A stretch of DNA of 64,000 nt, taken from IMG/VR virus record IMGVR_UViG_3300045125_000114; one strand, 5' to 3'. This DNA comes from an uncultured virus (IMG/VR IMGVR_UViG_3300045125_000114). Taxonomy: Duplodnaviria > Heunggongvirae > Uroviricota > Caudoviricetes. Both the position numbers and the translations under genes were made by a program. Numbering within the stretch: the first letter of the stretch is position 1; every line of letters starts with the position of its first letter. Below, in pieces: positions 39,701 through 51,745 of the stretch. Under the pieces are notes generated by a model. It saw only the letters and a program-made list of their open reading frames with translations. It was not told the DNA's origin and did no database searches.

Positions 39701-41513
39701 TGTCGGCTGCAGTGATACCCAATGCCGACATTTCTTCAGACAACTCGCCCGGTTTGTCGTTCGAATCGTGAAAAGTGCTTCGGCCATGTTATCTGCGCCT
39801 TCGGCGGCTTCATTACGCTCTGTTCAAGACGAGACATACTGGCGGCTCAACTGGAGTTGACGCTTCTGTTCCTCTGGGGCTTTCTTCTCTTCCATAGAGA
39901 TGTTCATGCCCAATTCTTGTTGATTTCCCCAGGCGGTCGGCGTAACCTTTGAGGAATCTTCGGCAGCCTTGATGACACGCTTCAACTGACCGCCTTCCAT
40001 GCCGGTGTAGGTCTTAAATACGATGTTGAGACGCATCTTGCTCTCGGCGTCCAACTTGTCGAATTCTTCCATCGACATGCCAGCTTATGCTCGAACTCCA
40101 TGCATACCTCTTGGACATTTCTTTCATGTCCTTCTTGCTGTGCATGATCGTGCCGGTAGTCAATTTGTCTATTTTGCCAACATTAGCCGCTGCATTGACC
40201 AAGAAAGCTTGAGTTTCCTTAGAAGCCGACAGATAAAAGTCGAGATTGCTGCTCGTCATTGCCTTCAAAAGAGAGGCTCGACGGCGTCAGCAACACCCAG
40301 CTTTTGGGCATTAGCCGACAATTCCATGATGTTTTTGGCAGCCATCGCGAGTTAGTGTTCCGGCATTCCTCATGTTTTTGAGGAACGCTTCAACTGCTTT
40401 GAGACGGCGTCGTCGGAAGTCGGTGCCGGTGGGCGCCGGCTAAATTTGGCAACATCCCCTCATGCCACGTCCGATTTCTTCAACCTGACCGGTATTCATG
40501 CCAAGTGATTCATGCCACTCCAGTAAAATTATCGCCGAGAGAACCGGCCTCAGCGCCGATCATTCGCTCGGTGTTAAGCCTGGGCAGTCGTTAGCTTCGA
40601 CCTTCTCTGCTTCTTTGATGCCTTTCTTGACGTTTTTTAGGTATTCTTTTTCATAAGTGTCGAACGGTCAACGCCCGTCTTGGCTACCGTCCAATCCGAT
40701 CTTCTTCGTACTGTCTCTGTAACCCGTGCGTTTTTCTCTGTGATCCCGTCGATTTCATACGCAGCCGCACGAATGTTGGTTGTAAATTCAACTTCTTCCT
40801 TTGATGATTCCTTTGAACATCAGTTTGGAAGGTGTTCATTCCAAGAAAGGGCGTCTTCAAGCTTGTTGATTCCACCTTTCATGCGGCTCCAAAATATCCA
40901 TCGCCGCATTCAGACCCAGCATTTCTTCGTAAATGTGGTTGTGCGAGAGCGAGACTGCCCTTGGCCTCTTTGACCCTGGACTTCTTGCCCGTTTCTCGGC
41001 CAATTGATTTCTTGATTTCTCCGGCATCCATGTTGGACGCGATGCCGTACAACCCTTTCCTAATCTCTTTTACGATGGCCGACGGGTCGGTTTTTTGAAT
41101 CGCCTTCTGAACGTCTATCAAAGCCGCTTCAGTCCGAGCGTCGTGAGTGTACAACGACCCCTTCCGCAGGGCGTCCTTGGTTAGATTGCCAATATTCTTT
41201 GTTTGCTCGCCTTCGAGCTTTGACTGCTTGTCTCTCTTCTTGTTTTCTCGCTTGGCGTCCAATTCCTTCAAATATTGCAGCACCCTGGCAGTGTGCTTCT
41301 TGGTTTCGTCAACGTTCTTCGAGTAATCGGCGAAATAAGCGGCAAACAGCTCTTGCAGCTTCCTAGTGGCTTCACCACTATCAGTCTTTCTCCGTGGGGC
41401 TTCGCCGGGCCAACTTTCCCCTCAGACATAGAACGGATCATCCCCATGACTTGCTCTGTAGTCATGGACGGTGATCCCATACCTTTGCCGGTGCTGTCGT
41501 AAACTGATGCCAT
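36792..41513 (-). CDS. Tape measure protein, frameshifted
   Basis: Ala/Gly/Lys-rich helices, GIxxIGxWLWD repeats, C-terminal AMLHKGEQVIP; lies upstream of tube and baseplate genes. Confidence 0.88.
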
Positions 41514-41523
41514 AACTTGCACC

Positions 41524-42065
41524 TAACAGAGTCACCTCATCGGGTTTCTGGCGTCGGACCAGCTTGTTCGTTCGTTATACACGACGAATTTGTTCTCGGA
41601 CGCTCTTTCTGATTGCCTCTACCTCGTTCGGGTCAAGATTGACCAATGATGCACGCCAGAGGTGTTGAGGATGAAAGCACTGGTTCAACTTCTGAATCCC
41701 GTTGACGCCGCCCCTTTTGTACTGACGGAACGCAGAAGTAAGATACTCCTGGCCCCGAATGTTTGAAATAAGAAAAAGACGTGTTGTCTCCAAACTGTTG
41801 CAACAAGTTCTTTATTGTCGGAAAAGTCAAAGCAGTTCAGATTGATTCCCCCTGATGTAATTTTGCCACAAGGTCGGTTATCAACACTAGCGGCGTTTGG
41901 TCGTGCCCCGGCTTCACATACAGGTAGGAAAAACGGCAAAGACTTCCCTTCGTAATAACAGGATTGACAACGCCAGGAGCGGCGTCAGTATTACTCCTCA
42001 AACACTCCTCGATGTTCAGAAACAAGTTGGGATTCATCCCTGTATCTAGCTCTGACAATCCCAGA
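41524..42065 (-). CDS. Hypothetical protein
   Basis: Fragments 41837-42058 and 41575-41793. Confidence 0.5.
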
Positions 42066-42259
42066 AAACTACTTTACATTCCTTGCCAGTTTGTCGTAGT
42101 ATCCCAGCAGGAGAACCAACATGAAACTTTCGCTTGTCCCCACTGCAACAGTGGGACCGTTGACATCGGCGACCAAAGTCGTTACCTAGTCTACACCTGT
42201 AGGAAGTTGCCACAAGCGATTTAGGGGCAACTTGCTTGCCCAGCTTTCATTCTTCTCTA

Positions 42260-42651
42260 GGATGGGCTTGGCTTACCGAAAGTTTGACGATCTGGGGAAT
42301 CGGTTTTGGTACGGAAATCGCTACACTCCACCAAAATTCGGGTGCTGAGCAAAGTAGCTGCCCTCATTGTGACGGGCCTGTTCCGACCAAGCTGTGCCCG
42401 CTACAGCCGCCATACGGTTTAAGGAGTGCTGTAGGTGTTTGAGACGACATCGACATTTCGCCAGTGAGTTAAGCGGCGACCGGTCCTGTTGGGTTGTATT
42501 CTCCGGTTCCAACATCTCCGGCTGGAACGTACTCGCCAGTTCCTATGAGTGATTGCGAGTCTTGGCCCTCGGTGGAATAGGCTTTAATCGGTACCGGTTT
42601 CCAGTTGTCGAAATTAACATCTTGGATGTAGCCGGACCTGAGTGTGTTCAT
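42260..42651 (-). CDS. Hypothetical protein
   Basis: MNTLRSGYIQDVNFDNWKP ORF overlapping the upstream stop. Confidence 0.45.
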
Positions 42652-43204
42652 TTGATCCGGCGGTGCCCCCTTTCAACAACATGCTCATTGTCCGGTGCCA
42701 ACGCTTCTAACAGTTCGTATCCGTTCGGAGTTTTTCGGACAATGACCGGTTCGTTCGTGCCCGGCATTCGATAATTCATCATCTGTTGCTGAAGTCTGGT
42801 TCTGTTTCCGTCGTTGGGAATTGACGGCATTTCGTTGAATCCAAACTTTTTCTGTTGATGAAGTGATTCTGAGTGCTGGACGTAAAGTCTGCCAGGGTCA
42901 CACCTTGCTGTCCGCTTTCCGTCCGAGCCAAAATGGTTGGGTTTTTGGCCCACCGGTCATTTTTCAAGCCGGATCGGTCCAAGATTTGACTCGGACTGTA
43001 TTGAGCTTGTGTAGACGGGTACGGAATCGCCAGGACGTATTTTTTCTGGATGAACCTGACGGTCCATAGGATAGGCAATTCTTGAGTTGTACAAGTCGTT
43101 TTGAACGTATTTCGGCATGTCCGGGTTTTGAGCCATGAACATGCGGCTTCAAGCCTTTTGAATCGGGCTTCGTCTAGAAGTGACAACCACTCTTTGAAGT
43201 TCAA
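42648..43204 (-). CDS. Hypothetical protein with capsid-targeting-like N-terminus (MNFKEWLSLLDEA)
   Basis: Joined fragments; NEPVIV...GYELLE motif weakly ParB-like. Confidence 0.55.
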
Positions 43205-43213
43205 TCAGCCCCC

Positions 43214-43703
43214 TTACGATTTGTTGAAGACCAAGCTCGAATAGTCGGTTCCGCCGGTCTTGAGGATAACACCTTGGTCGGCGAATGCGCGTTATCTTTC
43301 AGATCACGTTCGGCATCGGGCGCTCTTGTCGAAGAACCTCTTCAGTTCGTGAAGAACGCTTTCGATTACTTTCTTGGCGGCTTCTTTCTTCTTGTGGCGA
43401 TTCACTCATGTAGTCGTTGAACATTTCTTCCAAGTTCAACTGGTACGCTTTTCCGTAAGGTTCCGTGTCTTCTTCTTTTGTGACACGGTAAGCAACCATC
43501 TTCGCCGACTTCGCAAATGCGCTTTAACGGCCTCGAAACTCAACTTGGGGCTCGTGGCCTTGACGAAGACGTACGGGTCTTCTTCGTCCAAGTATCCCTT
43601 GACGTTGAGTCCGGCCTTCTTGAGCAAATTGTTCCCGACGATTCTCAGGTGCCGCTTCGCTTCTCGCTGCTTGCGGTCCACGAATCCATGTAAACATTTC
43701 CAT
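43214..43703 (-). CDS. Hypothetical protein
   Basis: AAGGAG RBS; fragments 43436-43681 and 43299-43499. Confidence 0.6.
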
Positions 43704-43713
43704 ACTCAACTCC

Positions 43714-45051
43714 TTAGCACTGACGCAGCAGAATTTCCGATGTCGAGGGTGTGCAACGCTGCAACACTCGCCAGTCACTTCGGGTTATGCCCGTGTAAGG
43801 GGTTTCTTTCAACACGATGCCCTGGAATGATGACGCCGCCTCCCGCAAAATCCCGAACCGGGCCGTCAGGAGCAACATTCCGTCGATTCTTTGCAGGAAA
43901 TCGTGTTCTTCTTTCGCCGGTTTGCCGTCCTCGTCTTCCCCACCAGTTTCCTTGGCGAATTTTGATCTTCATGTCAACGAACGGCACAATCTCGCCGTCG
44001 TCGGTAATCATGGCGTCTGAGTTCTCAGATTGGATGGTTCTAACCACCAACTTGCCCGCCGTGTATGCCGCTTTCAAAGACCCAGCCAAGTCCCAACCAA
44101 GGGTGTACACCGTGCCGTTTTTGCCCGTGACATTGACTATGTAGGCCCGCTGTTTGAACTGTTCTGCGATACTTTCAATAACCACACGGCGGCGCACACG
44201 TCTTTTCTTCCGGCGATCCTTCTTCGAGTCGCCGCTGTTCCGGTTCCGTCAGGTATCGCTGAGGTCGTCTTCACGCAGCGCACTTGCCAATGTCAACACG
44301 GCCCCACTTGTCGTTGTATCGGGTGGAAAGCCTGATCGAATAGTCCTTTTCGTTGTAAATCACGTCTTCGTTGTTGGAACCGGTGCCGACTTGGACGCCA
44401 CCAATCAATGAGGCTAAAACTACGGTGCAAGTCGCCCTTCATTCCCAACAAACCTTTCAGCTTGATGAAAACGTTATTCAATTCAGGCATCTGGGTCAGA
44501 ACTGTTGTGATGTGATTGACCAAAGTCACGGACGGGTTGTTCTGATCCAACTCCTGCTTAATCAGTTTGCGAATCTCTTTCGACGCTTTGTCTATGTTCG
44601 CATTTTGACGAAGGAAACATACCTGCATATTGTCTTCGACAAACTTGCGTGGGTATGCGTCCAACTCAAGGTCACGAACCTGATGGATCATGTCGATCAG
44701 TTTGTTCACATCGCCTTTTACGGTTTCTTTGAAAAAGCGTCTTTCCACTGTTCAAAGTCCATTTCCTCGTTTTCGTCCGGCATGTCCGGGGCGTGCGGGT
44801 CCATCGTCACGTCCGGCATTTGCCCAGGATTCGACGGATCGGCCGGACCTTGACCGGCATTCGGCATTTGCGGCGGGGCCGTATTAGCGACGTTGGGATC
44901 GGCGGGCGGCATGGTCGCACCTGACGCCGCCGGGACCACCACCCAGATCACCCATTCCCGGCCCGCCCGGACCACCTGAAGGGTTCATGGGCGGGTCGCC
45001 AATGGCCTCGTTCAACTTCTTTTTAAACCAACTGTTAATGATTGACTTCAT
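43714..45051 (-). CDS. Hypothetical probable head protein with Pro/Met/Gly-rich N-terminal region
   Basis: MKSIINSWFKKKLNEA.. joined with 44293-44748 and 43775-44197. Confidence 0.6.
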
Positions 45052-45566
45052 TACCGCTATCCTTTTTCTTGGCTTTCTTGATCGCATCCAACAGGGCACG
45101 CCTCTCCCCGCCCCCTTCGATAACCACGTTATTGGTCTGATGGGCACTGAGGTACGGCTTGTAAGTGTCCCGCTCTTTCAATTTCACCCTGGTCATCAGG
45201 TCGGCAACTTTGGTCATTTTATCTGGAATGTCGGACCTGATTTTGATGAGGTTGACAAGTGCTTCCTTACTGGATGTTGTCGAATCGCCTTGGTTGATTA
45301 CCATTTCGGCAAAGTTATCTATGTATTCTGTGGTCTGCTTGTGTTCGTCCCGCAGCAGTACCCAAAATTTCACCGTAGATGCCGAGCAACGCTTCATTTT
45401 CTATCAACGATTCTACCGGCTGTTCGTTTACGGCCGGTACGTTGACATTCATTTGAGGTATTAAGTGGTCAAAATTGTCTGGATCAATGATTTCGCCTGA
45501 CTTCGTAGGTATTTCCTCCAGAATGGGCTTTTCCACAACGTCCTCAATTTTATTCTCATTGCTCAT
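45035..45566 (-). CDS. Hypothetical protein
   Basis: CTATATA 4 nt upstream of ATG; two fragments join. Confidence 0.65.
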
Positions 45567-45625
45567 ACGGTATATAGAAACGAAGCGGTTAAGAATGGTA
45601 GAAATATGCTTACATGGAGGGAACT

Positions 45626-46041
45626 ATGCCTACTAAAGAGCCATTATCGGAACAGTTCTACTCACAGGTTTCCGAATCCATTAAGTTGGTGTTTGATTTG
45701 ACCTCTCGCATTGACGAGAGGGTGAAAATGCTCGTAGAACGCACCAACGATATGGAAAATCGTTTGGACAGGTTTTGGAAGGCCAACAAGTTATGTCGGC
45801 CAAAATCGCCGTCATTGAAACTCAGGAGGAAGAAATCGCCGACCTCAAGAAAACAATTGACACGCTCGAAACCAAAGTTCACAACCTCGAATTGAAAGTA
45901 GAAGCCGTAGCCCTCAAAGAAGCGGGGGGCATGATCGCAAATGGACAGTTGCTTTGCGATTTCGTATTCCGTCTGACGTTTGTGATATTCGCCGGATGGT
46001 TGCTGTGGCGGTTCGGATTGCAGGCTCCACCGACGCCGTAA
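45626..46041 (+). CDS. Coiled-coil protein with C-terminal TM helix (holin/hemolysin XhlA-like)
   Basis: Heptad coiled coil followed by FVFRLTFVIFAGWLLWRFG. Confidence 0.5.
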
Positions 46042-46144
46042 TTTACACAGCATAACTCATTTGAAATTGCCCCGCTTGTAGCAAAAAACTGCAGAGGGCG
46101 AATCTACATATTAAAGAAGCTGTAATTCAGTTTGGGAAGGATAC

Positions 46145-47662
46145 ATGAAAACCCTATTCGGCAAATACTTTGTACTTCGTGAAGAAAGTGAGGGCGGCGG
46201 TGAAACACCGAAGCGGCCTCAAATCACATCGAGAATCAAGCTGCAAAGGTAGAAGGCTCTAAAGAGTTCGGCCCGTTCACCGTCAACCGGTCCATGCACC
46301 CGAACCTGCGCTGCTTCTCATCAAGGCATTTACCGACAGCGACAAAGTTGGTGTCGGATATACCACCATTGAAAAAAGCAAGGGCGAAGTCGAACCGCAG
46401 TTAAAGAAGAAGAACCTGTGGCTCACCGGTGGTGCCGTTCGTGACCACTTGAAAGGGAAGACCCCACGCAACTACGACATCGTCACCGACGCAACGCCGT
46501 CCGAAATGCGTATGATCCTGACCCAGCCCGACTCTGGTTTCAAGAAACCGAAGCCCCGCTGCGGCGATTACGCCAGCGACGAACGGTACGCCAAACTACC
46601 CGCCTCAGAGCACCAAGAACAAGATTTTTACGCCTCCCGATGGGACAAAACTGGCAAGGAAATCGAAATGACCGCCGAAATTAACGGCGAAAAGTTCGAA
46701 GATGTCAACACTCGGTAAACACGTCGAAGAGCCGTCGTGCTTCAACCCGAAAAAGGCGAACCGGCCACCAGCGTCGAAGAGGATTCGGGGAACCGTGACT
46801 TCACGATGAATGCCATGTACATTCCTCTTACATCTTCCGACGGCGACAATCACGGACCTTATTGACCCGCACGGCGGCGCGCCACTTGAAGAATGGCGAA
46901 GTTGTAGCTGTCGGTGACTTCAGCAAACGACTCGGCGAAGGCCCGGCCACTGCACTGCGGTACATGAAGACGCTCAACCGTTATGGCAACCCGGACAAGA
47001 TTCCCGACAAATATCAACAGGCTCTTTCTCGTCACAAGGATTTGGCAGACGTTCCGAAGGATCACGTCCGAAAAGAGTTCCTCGACGGACTCGAAAACCC
47101 GGACAGCGACCCTCGCAAATACATGAAGTCTTTCAAGAAGACGGGACTTTTGTCTGCGGTCTTCCCCGGCGTCGATTTCGATGAAGAAGACATGCCGGAA
47201 GATTTCCAGGGCGACCGCTGGCTCGCACCGGCATGGGTTCTTCGCAACAACGACCCCGAAGACGTAAAGAAAATGCTCACCGGCGGCGGCTGGAGCAAGC
47301 AGGAAGCTTCCGACATTGCCTATTTGGTCAAGTTGTACAATTGGGGCGCAGAGAACAAGTTCGATGCCGACCAGTTCTACGACATGAAGCAAATGCACAC
47401 CGGTCTGACAAAAGCCAAAGTGCGTGAATGGATGCAGATGGCTAAGGCCAACGGCCCGGAAATGGACAGCTTCTTGAATCACGATGACAAGGATTTGTCT
47501 CCGTACACCGACAACGGTGGCAAGAGGACCGTAAACCCTGAGTACACCAAGCACTTGGGTCGCACACCGTTCGGCAGTGAGTTCGATCACGTCAAGCGGC
47601 ACCTTTCCACCAAGAGATGGAAAGACTCAATCGGGAAAGAAACCGGAAGAAAAGCCTTCTGA
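46145..47662 (+). CDS. tRNA nucleotidyltransferase (CCA-adding / poly(A) polymerase family), frameshifted
   Basis: LTGGAVRDHL, DIVTDA, ED..RDFTMNAMY, TGLLSAVFP. Confidence 0.92.
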
Positions 47663-47778
47663 CACTGAAAATTAAGGATAAAACGTGACTTATATTCAGA
47701 AGTAAGTTCCGGTAATTCCACTACTACTCCCCTGAATTCCAATTTGCGACGGCGAGGGCGTGGTTCATCATTTGACGC

Positions 47779-47807
47779 TTTACAACGGCCTGGATTCGTG
47801 GTAAGAT
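47779..47807 (+). promoter_or_regulatory. Sigma70-type promoter, probably giving a leaderless mRNA
   Basis: TTTACA-17 bp-TAAGAT with extended TG; 6 nt between the -10 box and ATG 47814. Confidence 0.7.
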
Positions 47808-47813
47808 ATTGCC

Positions 47814-48103
47814 ATGACTGTGGAACAACTCACTAAAATTTCAGACGCCAACCTTGCTATTGCTCGACTTCAAGAAAAAATCGAGCAAGAGCGTGGCGTA
47901 CTGAGTGGTATCTTGCGTGAATGCGATCACTTGAACCCAGACGGCAGCAGTGCAGTTCGCACTGGACTGCCGGGGACTTCTTCGTCGCATCTGCCGTTTG
48001 CAACAATGACTACGGCTGCTTGGACGAACACCTACACAAACATCACGGTTGTAAAATGCCCGCTCGTGACGAGTACGGCATGATTTTGGAATGGACCCAA
48101 TGA
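47814..48103 (+). CDS. Small hypothetical protein with Cys/His motifs
   Basis: MTVEQLTK.., ECDH, CAVC-like, HKHHGC after a frameshift. Confidence 0.55.
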
Positions 48104-48696
48104 GCAAAGAAGACACCCTAAAGAAGTGGATGCCCAAGCACCGTCGTAAGCGTGCGGTAATCTACGACTTCGACAACACTCTGTTTCGCTCCCTAACCCG
48201 TGAGGAAGGGGAACCGATTTACCGTGAACATACGGGTCAAAACTGGCCTCACTCTGGTTGGTGGGGGCGTGCAGAAACTTTGCAGCCGCCATTCGTACTT
48301 GACCCCATTACGGAAGCTTACTTTTTGCCCGAAGTTCTGGAAGCTTACCGCAAGGACCGGGCTTGCAGCGAGAGCAACGTCTATCTGATGACTGGCCGTC
48401 CGGCAAAAATGCGGCACCGGGTCCGTGAAATTCTCGACGCCGTCAACGTGACGTTCGATGAATACTACTTCCGTGGCATGAAGGGGCAGCCCGGACACGG
48501 CGACACGTTGGAAATCAAACTCGCCCTAATGCAGAGTGAAATCATTCACCCGGCACTCGAAGTGTTGGAAATCTGGGAAGATCGCCCGGAACACTCGTCC
48601 CGCTTCATGACCGAAGCCCGCCGATGGAAGGGCAAGTACAAACTGGAAAAGATCATCGTTCACGATGTTCCTACCAAGCAACACCACGAGTTCTAA
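48091..48696 (+). CDS. HAD phosphatase, Swiss-Army-Knife RNA-repair type
   Basis: IYDFDNTLF, GWW, LMTGR, TLEIK, IWEDR. Confidence 0.85.
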   Translation: MDPMSKEDTLKKWMPKHRRKRAVIYDFDNTLFRSLTREEGEPIYREHTGQNWPHSGWWGRAETLQPPFVLDPITEAYFLPEVLEAYRKDRACSESNVYLMTGRPAKMRHRVREILDAVNVTFDEYYFRGMKGQPGHGDTLEIKLALMQSEIIHPALEVLEIWEDRPEHSSRFMTEARRWKGKYKLEKIIVHDVPTKQHHEF

Positions 48697-48697
48697 A

Positions 48698-49108
48698 ATG
48701 ATTTCAAACGAAACCATCAACGTTCTCCGGCGGTGGTATTCGGTACACAAGATCGCAGAAGAAAACCCGCAACTAATCATTGAAGCCAACCGAAAGGGGG
48801 CCGATGAGTGTCGTCGGGTTTCCGATCTTTGTGCCGCCCGTATGAGGAGTGCTAAAGCGGACGAAGCACTCCACAAACTGATCGAACTACCCGCTGATGC
48901 GGTTCCGCCGCTCGTTCGTTTGTTTTTCGAGTCCGGCGAAGACAAAGGGTGTTCTCATTGCTGGCTTTCGAGTGCCGGACCTAAACACCCAGAGTGCAAA
49001 TTCAAAATCGGTCGTTGGTTCGGATACCGTGAAGCTTTAATGGCGTACACCTACGAGGTGTACGTTCGCCATCAGGTGCAACATGAAGAAAAAGATTCTG
49101 TTTCTTGA
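48698..49108 (+). CDS. Hypothetical protein
   Basis: Intact ORF coupled to both neighbours. Confidence 0.65.
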   Translation: MISNETINVLRRWYSVHKIAEENPQLIIEANRKGADECRRVSDLCAARMRSAKADEALHKLIELPADAVPPLVRLFFESGEDKGCSHCWLSSAGPKHPECKFKIGRWFGYREALMAYTYEVYVRHQVQHEEKDSVS

Positions 49109-49467
49109 CGACAACAAGGCCCGTCACCGGGACATGAAGCCGCATTTGCTTCACGACGAGGCGTTTACGGCAGGCGAAGCCATCAAGTTGTTGCAAGAAA
49201 GAATACGACATCGTGTTCCTCGACCACGACTTGGGCGGCAAGGAGATGGTTTCGTCTTTTCCGAAGAAGAAACCGGCTACACGGTTGCCAAATGGATCGC
49301 CGAAAATAAGCCGAAAATCCCGCTAGTCGTGACTCACTCCTCAACCCGGCGGGTCGGGCCAACATCGCCGCCCTGTTGAAAAGCCACGATTACTACGTTT
49401 TGGAGTGCGGCTTTTTGAATTTGAAGGCGTGTGTCAACGAGATTTTGGCTAGGAGCCTCCAAAATAA
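49083..49467 (+). CDS. Cyclic-phosphate-processing receiver-like domain protein
   Basis: ILFLDD, YDIVFLDHDLGG, TGYTVAKWI, VTHS.N. Confidence 0.85.
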
Positions 49468-49489
49468 GTTCCCGACCCAACAATGATAG

Positions 49490-49520
49490 CCCCAGGACTA
49501 CTGTCCTGGGGTTTTTCTTT
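49490..49520 (+). terminator. Rho-independent terminator
   Basis: ccccaggac-tact-gtcctgggg followed by ttttt. Confidence 0.85.
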
Positions 49521-49528
49521 GGAGGGAT

Positions 49529-49866
49529 ATGGAAAATTACAGGAAACTGGTAAATGTCCTAAAAAACATTGCCCACCGGCTTACCCTGTCAGTGTACGCC
49601 GCACTCGTATGCCCTCTTCCAGAGAAGGCGATTGTTGCCTTTTCAAGAAAAAATTCTTCATCAGGATCGGCAAACAACTGTCGGAAGAGTGTGCCATAGA
49701 CACACTCTTGCACGAATGGGCACACGCTCGTGCCTGGAGCCATTTACACGATTCGCTGGGAGCCGAAGAGTTCTATCAGGTGGCACACGATGCTACATGG
49801 GGCGTTGCCTACAGTGAAGTGTACAGAGTTTACGAGCAACATTTGTGCGGCGGTCACTCTGTTTGA
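49529..49866 (+). CDS. Zincin-like metallopeptidase (HExxH)
   Basis: DTLLHEWAHA ... HDATWG. Confidence 0.75.
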
Positions 49867-49868
49867 TT

Positions 49869-50696
49869 ATGGACTATTTCGTATCTGCCAACAAAAGTTT
49901 AGCTAATCAGTGGCAACTCGAACTGTTGATAGAAAGTTTCAATCGCCACGGGATTTCCGATAACCTGTTAGTTTCTCTGGTCCCCTCCGGCGATCCTGAG
50001 CAGTTTTGTAAAAATCTGAACAGGCACAAGCGGGTTTCACACTTCAACGACATCGGTTACACAAGAGGGTACGACCGACTCAACACTATTTACGGTCTTA
50101 TAGCCGCCACCGATCTGGGCCAAATCAAACAGCCATTTATGATGGTGCCTTTGGACTGCGTACTGTTCTCCCCGCCAATTGTCAAAGCTTCGGATCGTCC
50201 AAAAATTACCGTTCAGTCTGATCCCTTGTTTACTTTCAAACTGGCGGAAGAGAATATACCAAATTTGTCCGAGTACATTTCCGAAGAAGCGTGGTTGCCG
50301 GTCGGCCGAATCATGTGTTTCGATCAAGTGCCCCCGGACGTGTTCAAACAAGTCGTGCAGGTCACAGAGCTTTTGGCCTATCACCAGTTGAAAGCCGGGA
50401 GGAAGATATGGCCCCTCACGGATCGTGCGGCCTGGGCGTCGGTTTTGTCCGGTGCTGCCATTTACATGGCACTGGAATTTACTTACAATTGGGAGATTCC
50501 CTTTGTCGCATACGGAGTGGAAAACAATTTCTATTCCTATGAACGGGGTATTTCTGGCATGTTTTCAAAGTCGATGTTCGCTTTTAACCCGATATCGTTC
50601 GGGCACCCATTTGAGACTTTGAAGACTCTGCCAGAGAGATTTCACACGACAGGAATCTACTATCTTTCTGAACTTGCAGGGAAAATACAGTCATGA
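49869..50696 (+). CDS. Putative glycosyltransferase (GT-A-like)
   Basis: QWQLELLIESF, YDRLN, LDCVL; intact 275-aa ORF; family call is weak. Confidence 0.45.
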   Translation: MDYFVSANKSLANQWQLELLIESFNRHGISDNLLVSLVPSGDPEQFCKNLNRHKRVSHFNDIGYTRGYDRLNTIYGLIAATDLGQIKQPFMMVPLDCVLFSPPIVKASDRPKITVQSDPLFTFKLAEENIPNLSEYISEEAWLPVGRIMCFDQVPPDVFKQVVQVTELLAYHQLKAGRKIWPLTDRAAWASVLSGAAIYMALEFTYNWEIPFVAYGVENNFYSYERGISGMFSKSMFAFNPISFGHPFETLKTLPERFHTTGIYYLSELAGKIQS

Positions 50697-50896
50697 AACT
50701 CAATGTGCTGCTTATTTTTATCGTCACCATGTTTCTTTTGGGTTCGGGAGTATATCTGAACCTACAAAATCGAGAATATTGGGGCTGGTTCTTGGGATGC
50801 GGCGTCCTTTCCTTGATCGTAATGGCTGGCATGATGGCCGAAGGCGATAAAGAAAAGGACGAAGAGTGGGACGAAGGAAGCCCGAAGGGAGATTAA
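50693..50896 (+). CDS. Small two-TM membrane protein
   Basis: Two hydrophobic segments and an acidic tail. Confidence 0.65.
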   Translation: MKLNVLLIFIVTMFLLGSGVYLNLQNREYWGWFLGCGVLSLIVMAGMMAEGDKEKDEEWDEGSPKGD

Positions 50897-51487
50897 CTCT
50901 CTTCAAAAGCGGAACTGTACCCGTGAAATGTTCGATTGCCGTGCGGACTGTACGGCGTTACGACCCGTGGTGTCGGTTTGTCCAAAGAAGCCGACACATT
51001 TAAGGTTGCGTTTTTCTTCTTCCAGATGTTATACAACCCGTCGTGACCGTGGTAGTATGGGTTGCGGTAGAACTGACCCGGCTCCGTCAGTTCTTCCATG
51101 TCTTCGTTCCACTTGGAAAAATAGCCCCAGATGTAATTGGGGAAGTTTCCAACCCTCTCCCAGCGGAAGGAGTTCGCCAATGGCACCTGTTACCCCTTTC
51201 TGCTCCAGTTGCGGGCGTGTAAACCATCTTTTCGGAATGGGAATTACCATGAGCGTTTCACTCGTGGTTTTCGCCATATGTCCGATACGTTCTGCCGTTA
51301 CAACCATATCTCGGCTGACGTGTCGCAGTCCGTCAGTGCCCCGCAAAAATTCCGCAGCCTGTTCGTGATTGGCTGGAATGGCGATTAGATAGTGGCCTTT
51401 TTCCAGTCTTGCCAATTCAGCAAGACCCCGGTCCCTGTCAACCGACGGGTGTCGAGATTCGACGTACTGTTTGAATCCGTGTAACAT
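50893..51487 (-). CDS. Hypothetical protein with capsid-targeting-like N-terminus (MLHGFKQYVES)
   Basis: ATATATA upstream; fragments 51029-51487 and 50893-51186. Confidence 0.6.
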
Positions 51488-51514
51488 ACCTTTATATATT
51501 CACTCGGAGGATAT

Positions 51515-51726
51515 ATGCAAGTTGAATATCAGAATGGCGTCATAACGGTCCATCACGGCGGTCGGGAAATTATTCTGAAGAATATTTCCGATGCACGTCT
51601 TGCTTTGTCGGACATATCCCGATATGCTGAGAATGAATCGGATTTTTTCCACCGTACTGCCGTAGCAGATATGGTCTCGTTCGGCCGTGGGCCGAATGGT
51701 AGCAGACGAAGAACTTAGGGCCATAA
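51515..51726 (+). CDS. Small hypothetical protein
   Basis: GGAGG RBS. Confidence 0.55.
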
Positions 51727-51745
51727 AGGACGGAGAATTCATCAT

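Noticed and set aside
46859..47602. Long antisense ORFs (also 28232-28945, 43374-44144, 55576-56226)
   Set aside because: These are shadow ORFs opposite better-supported genes.
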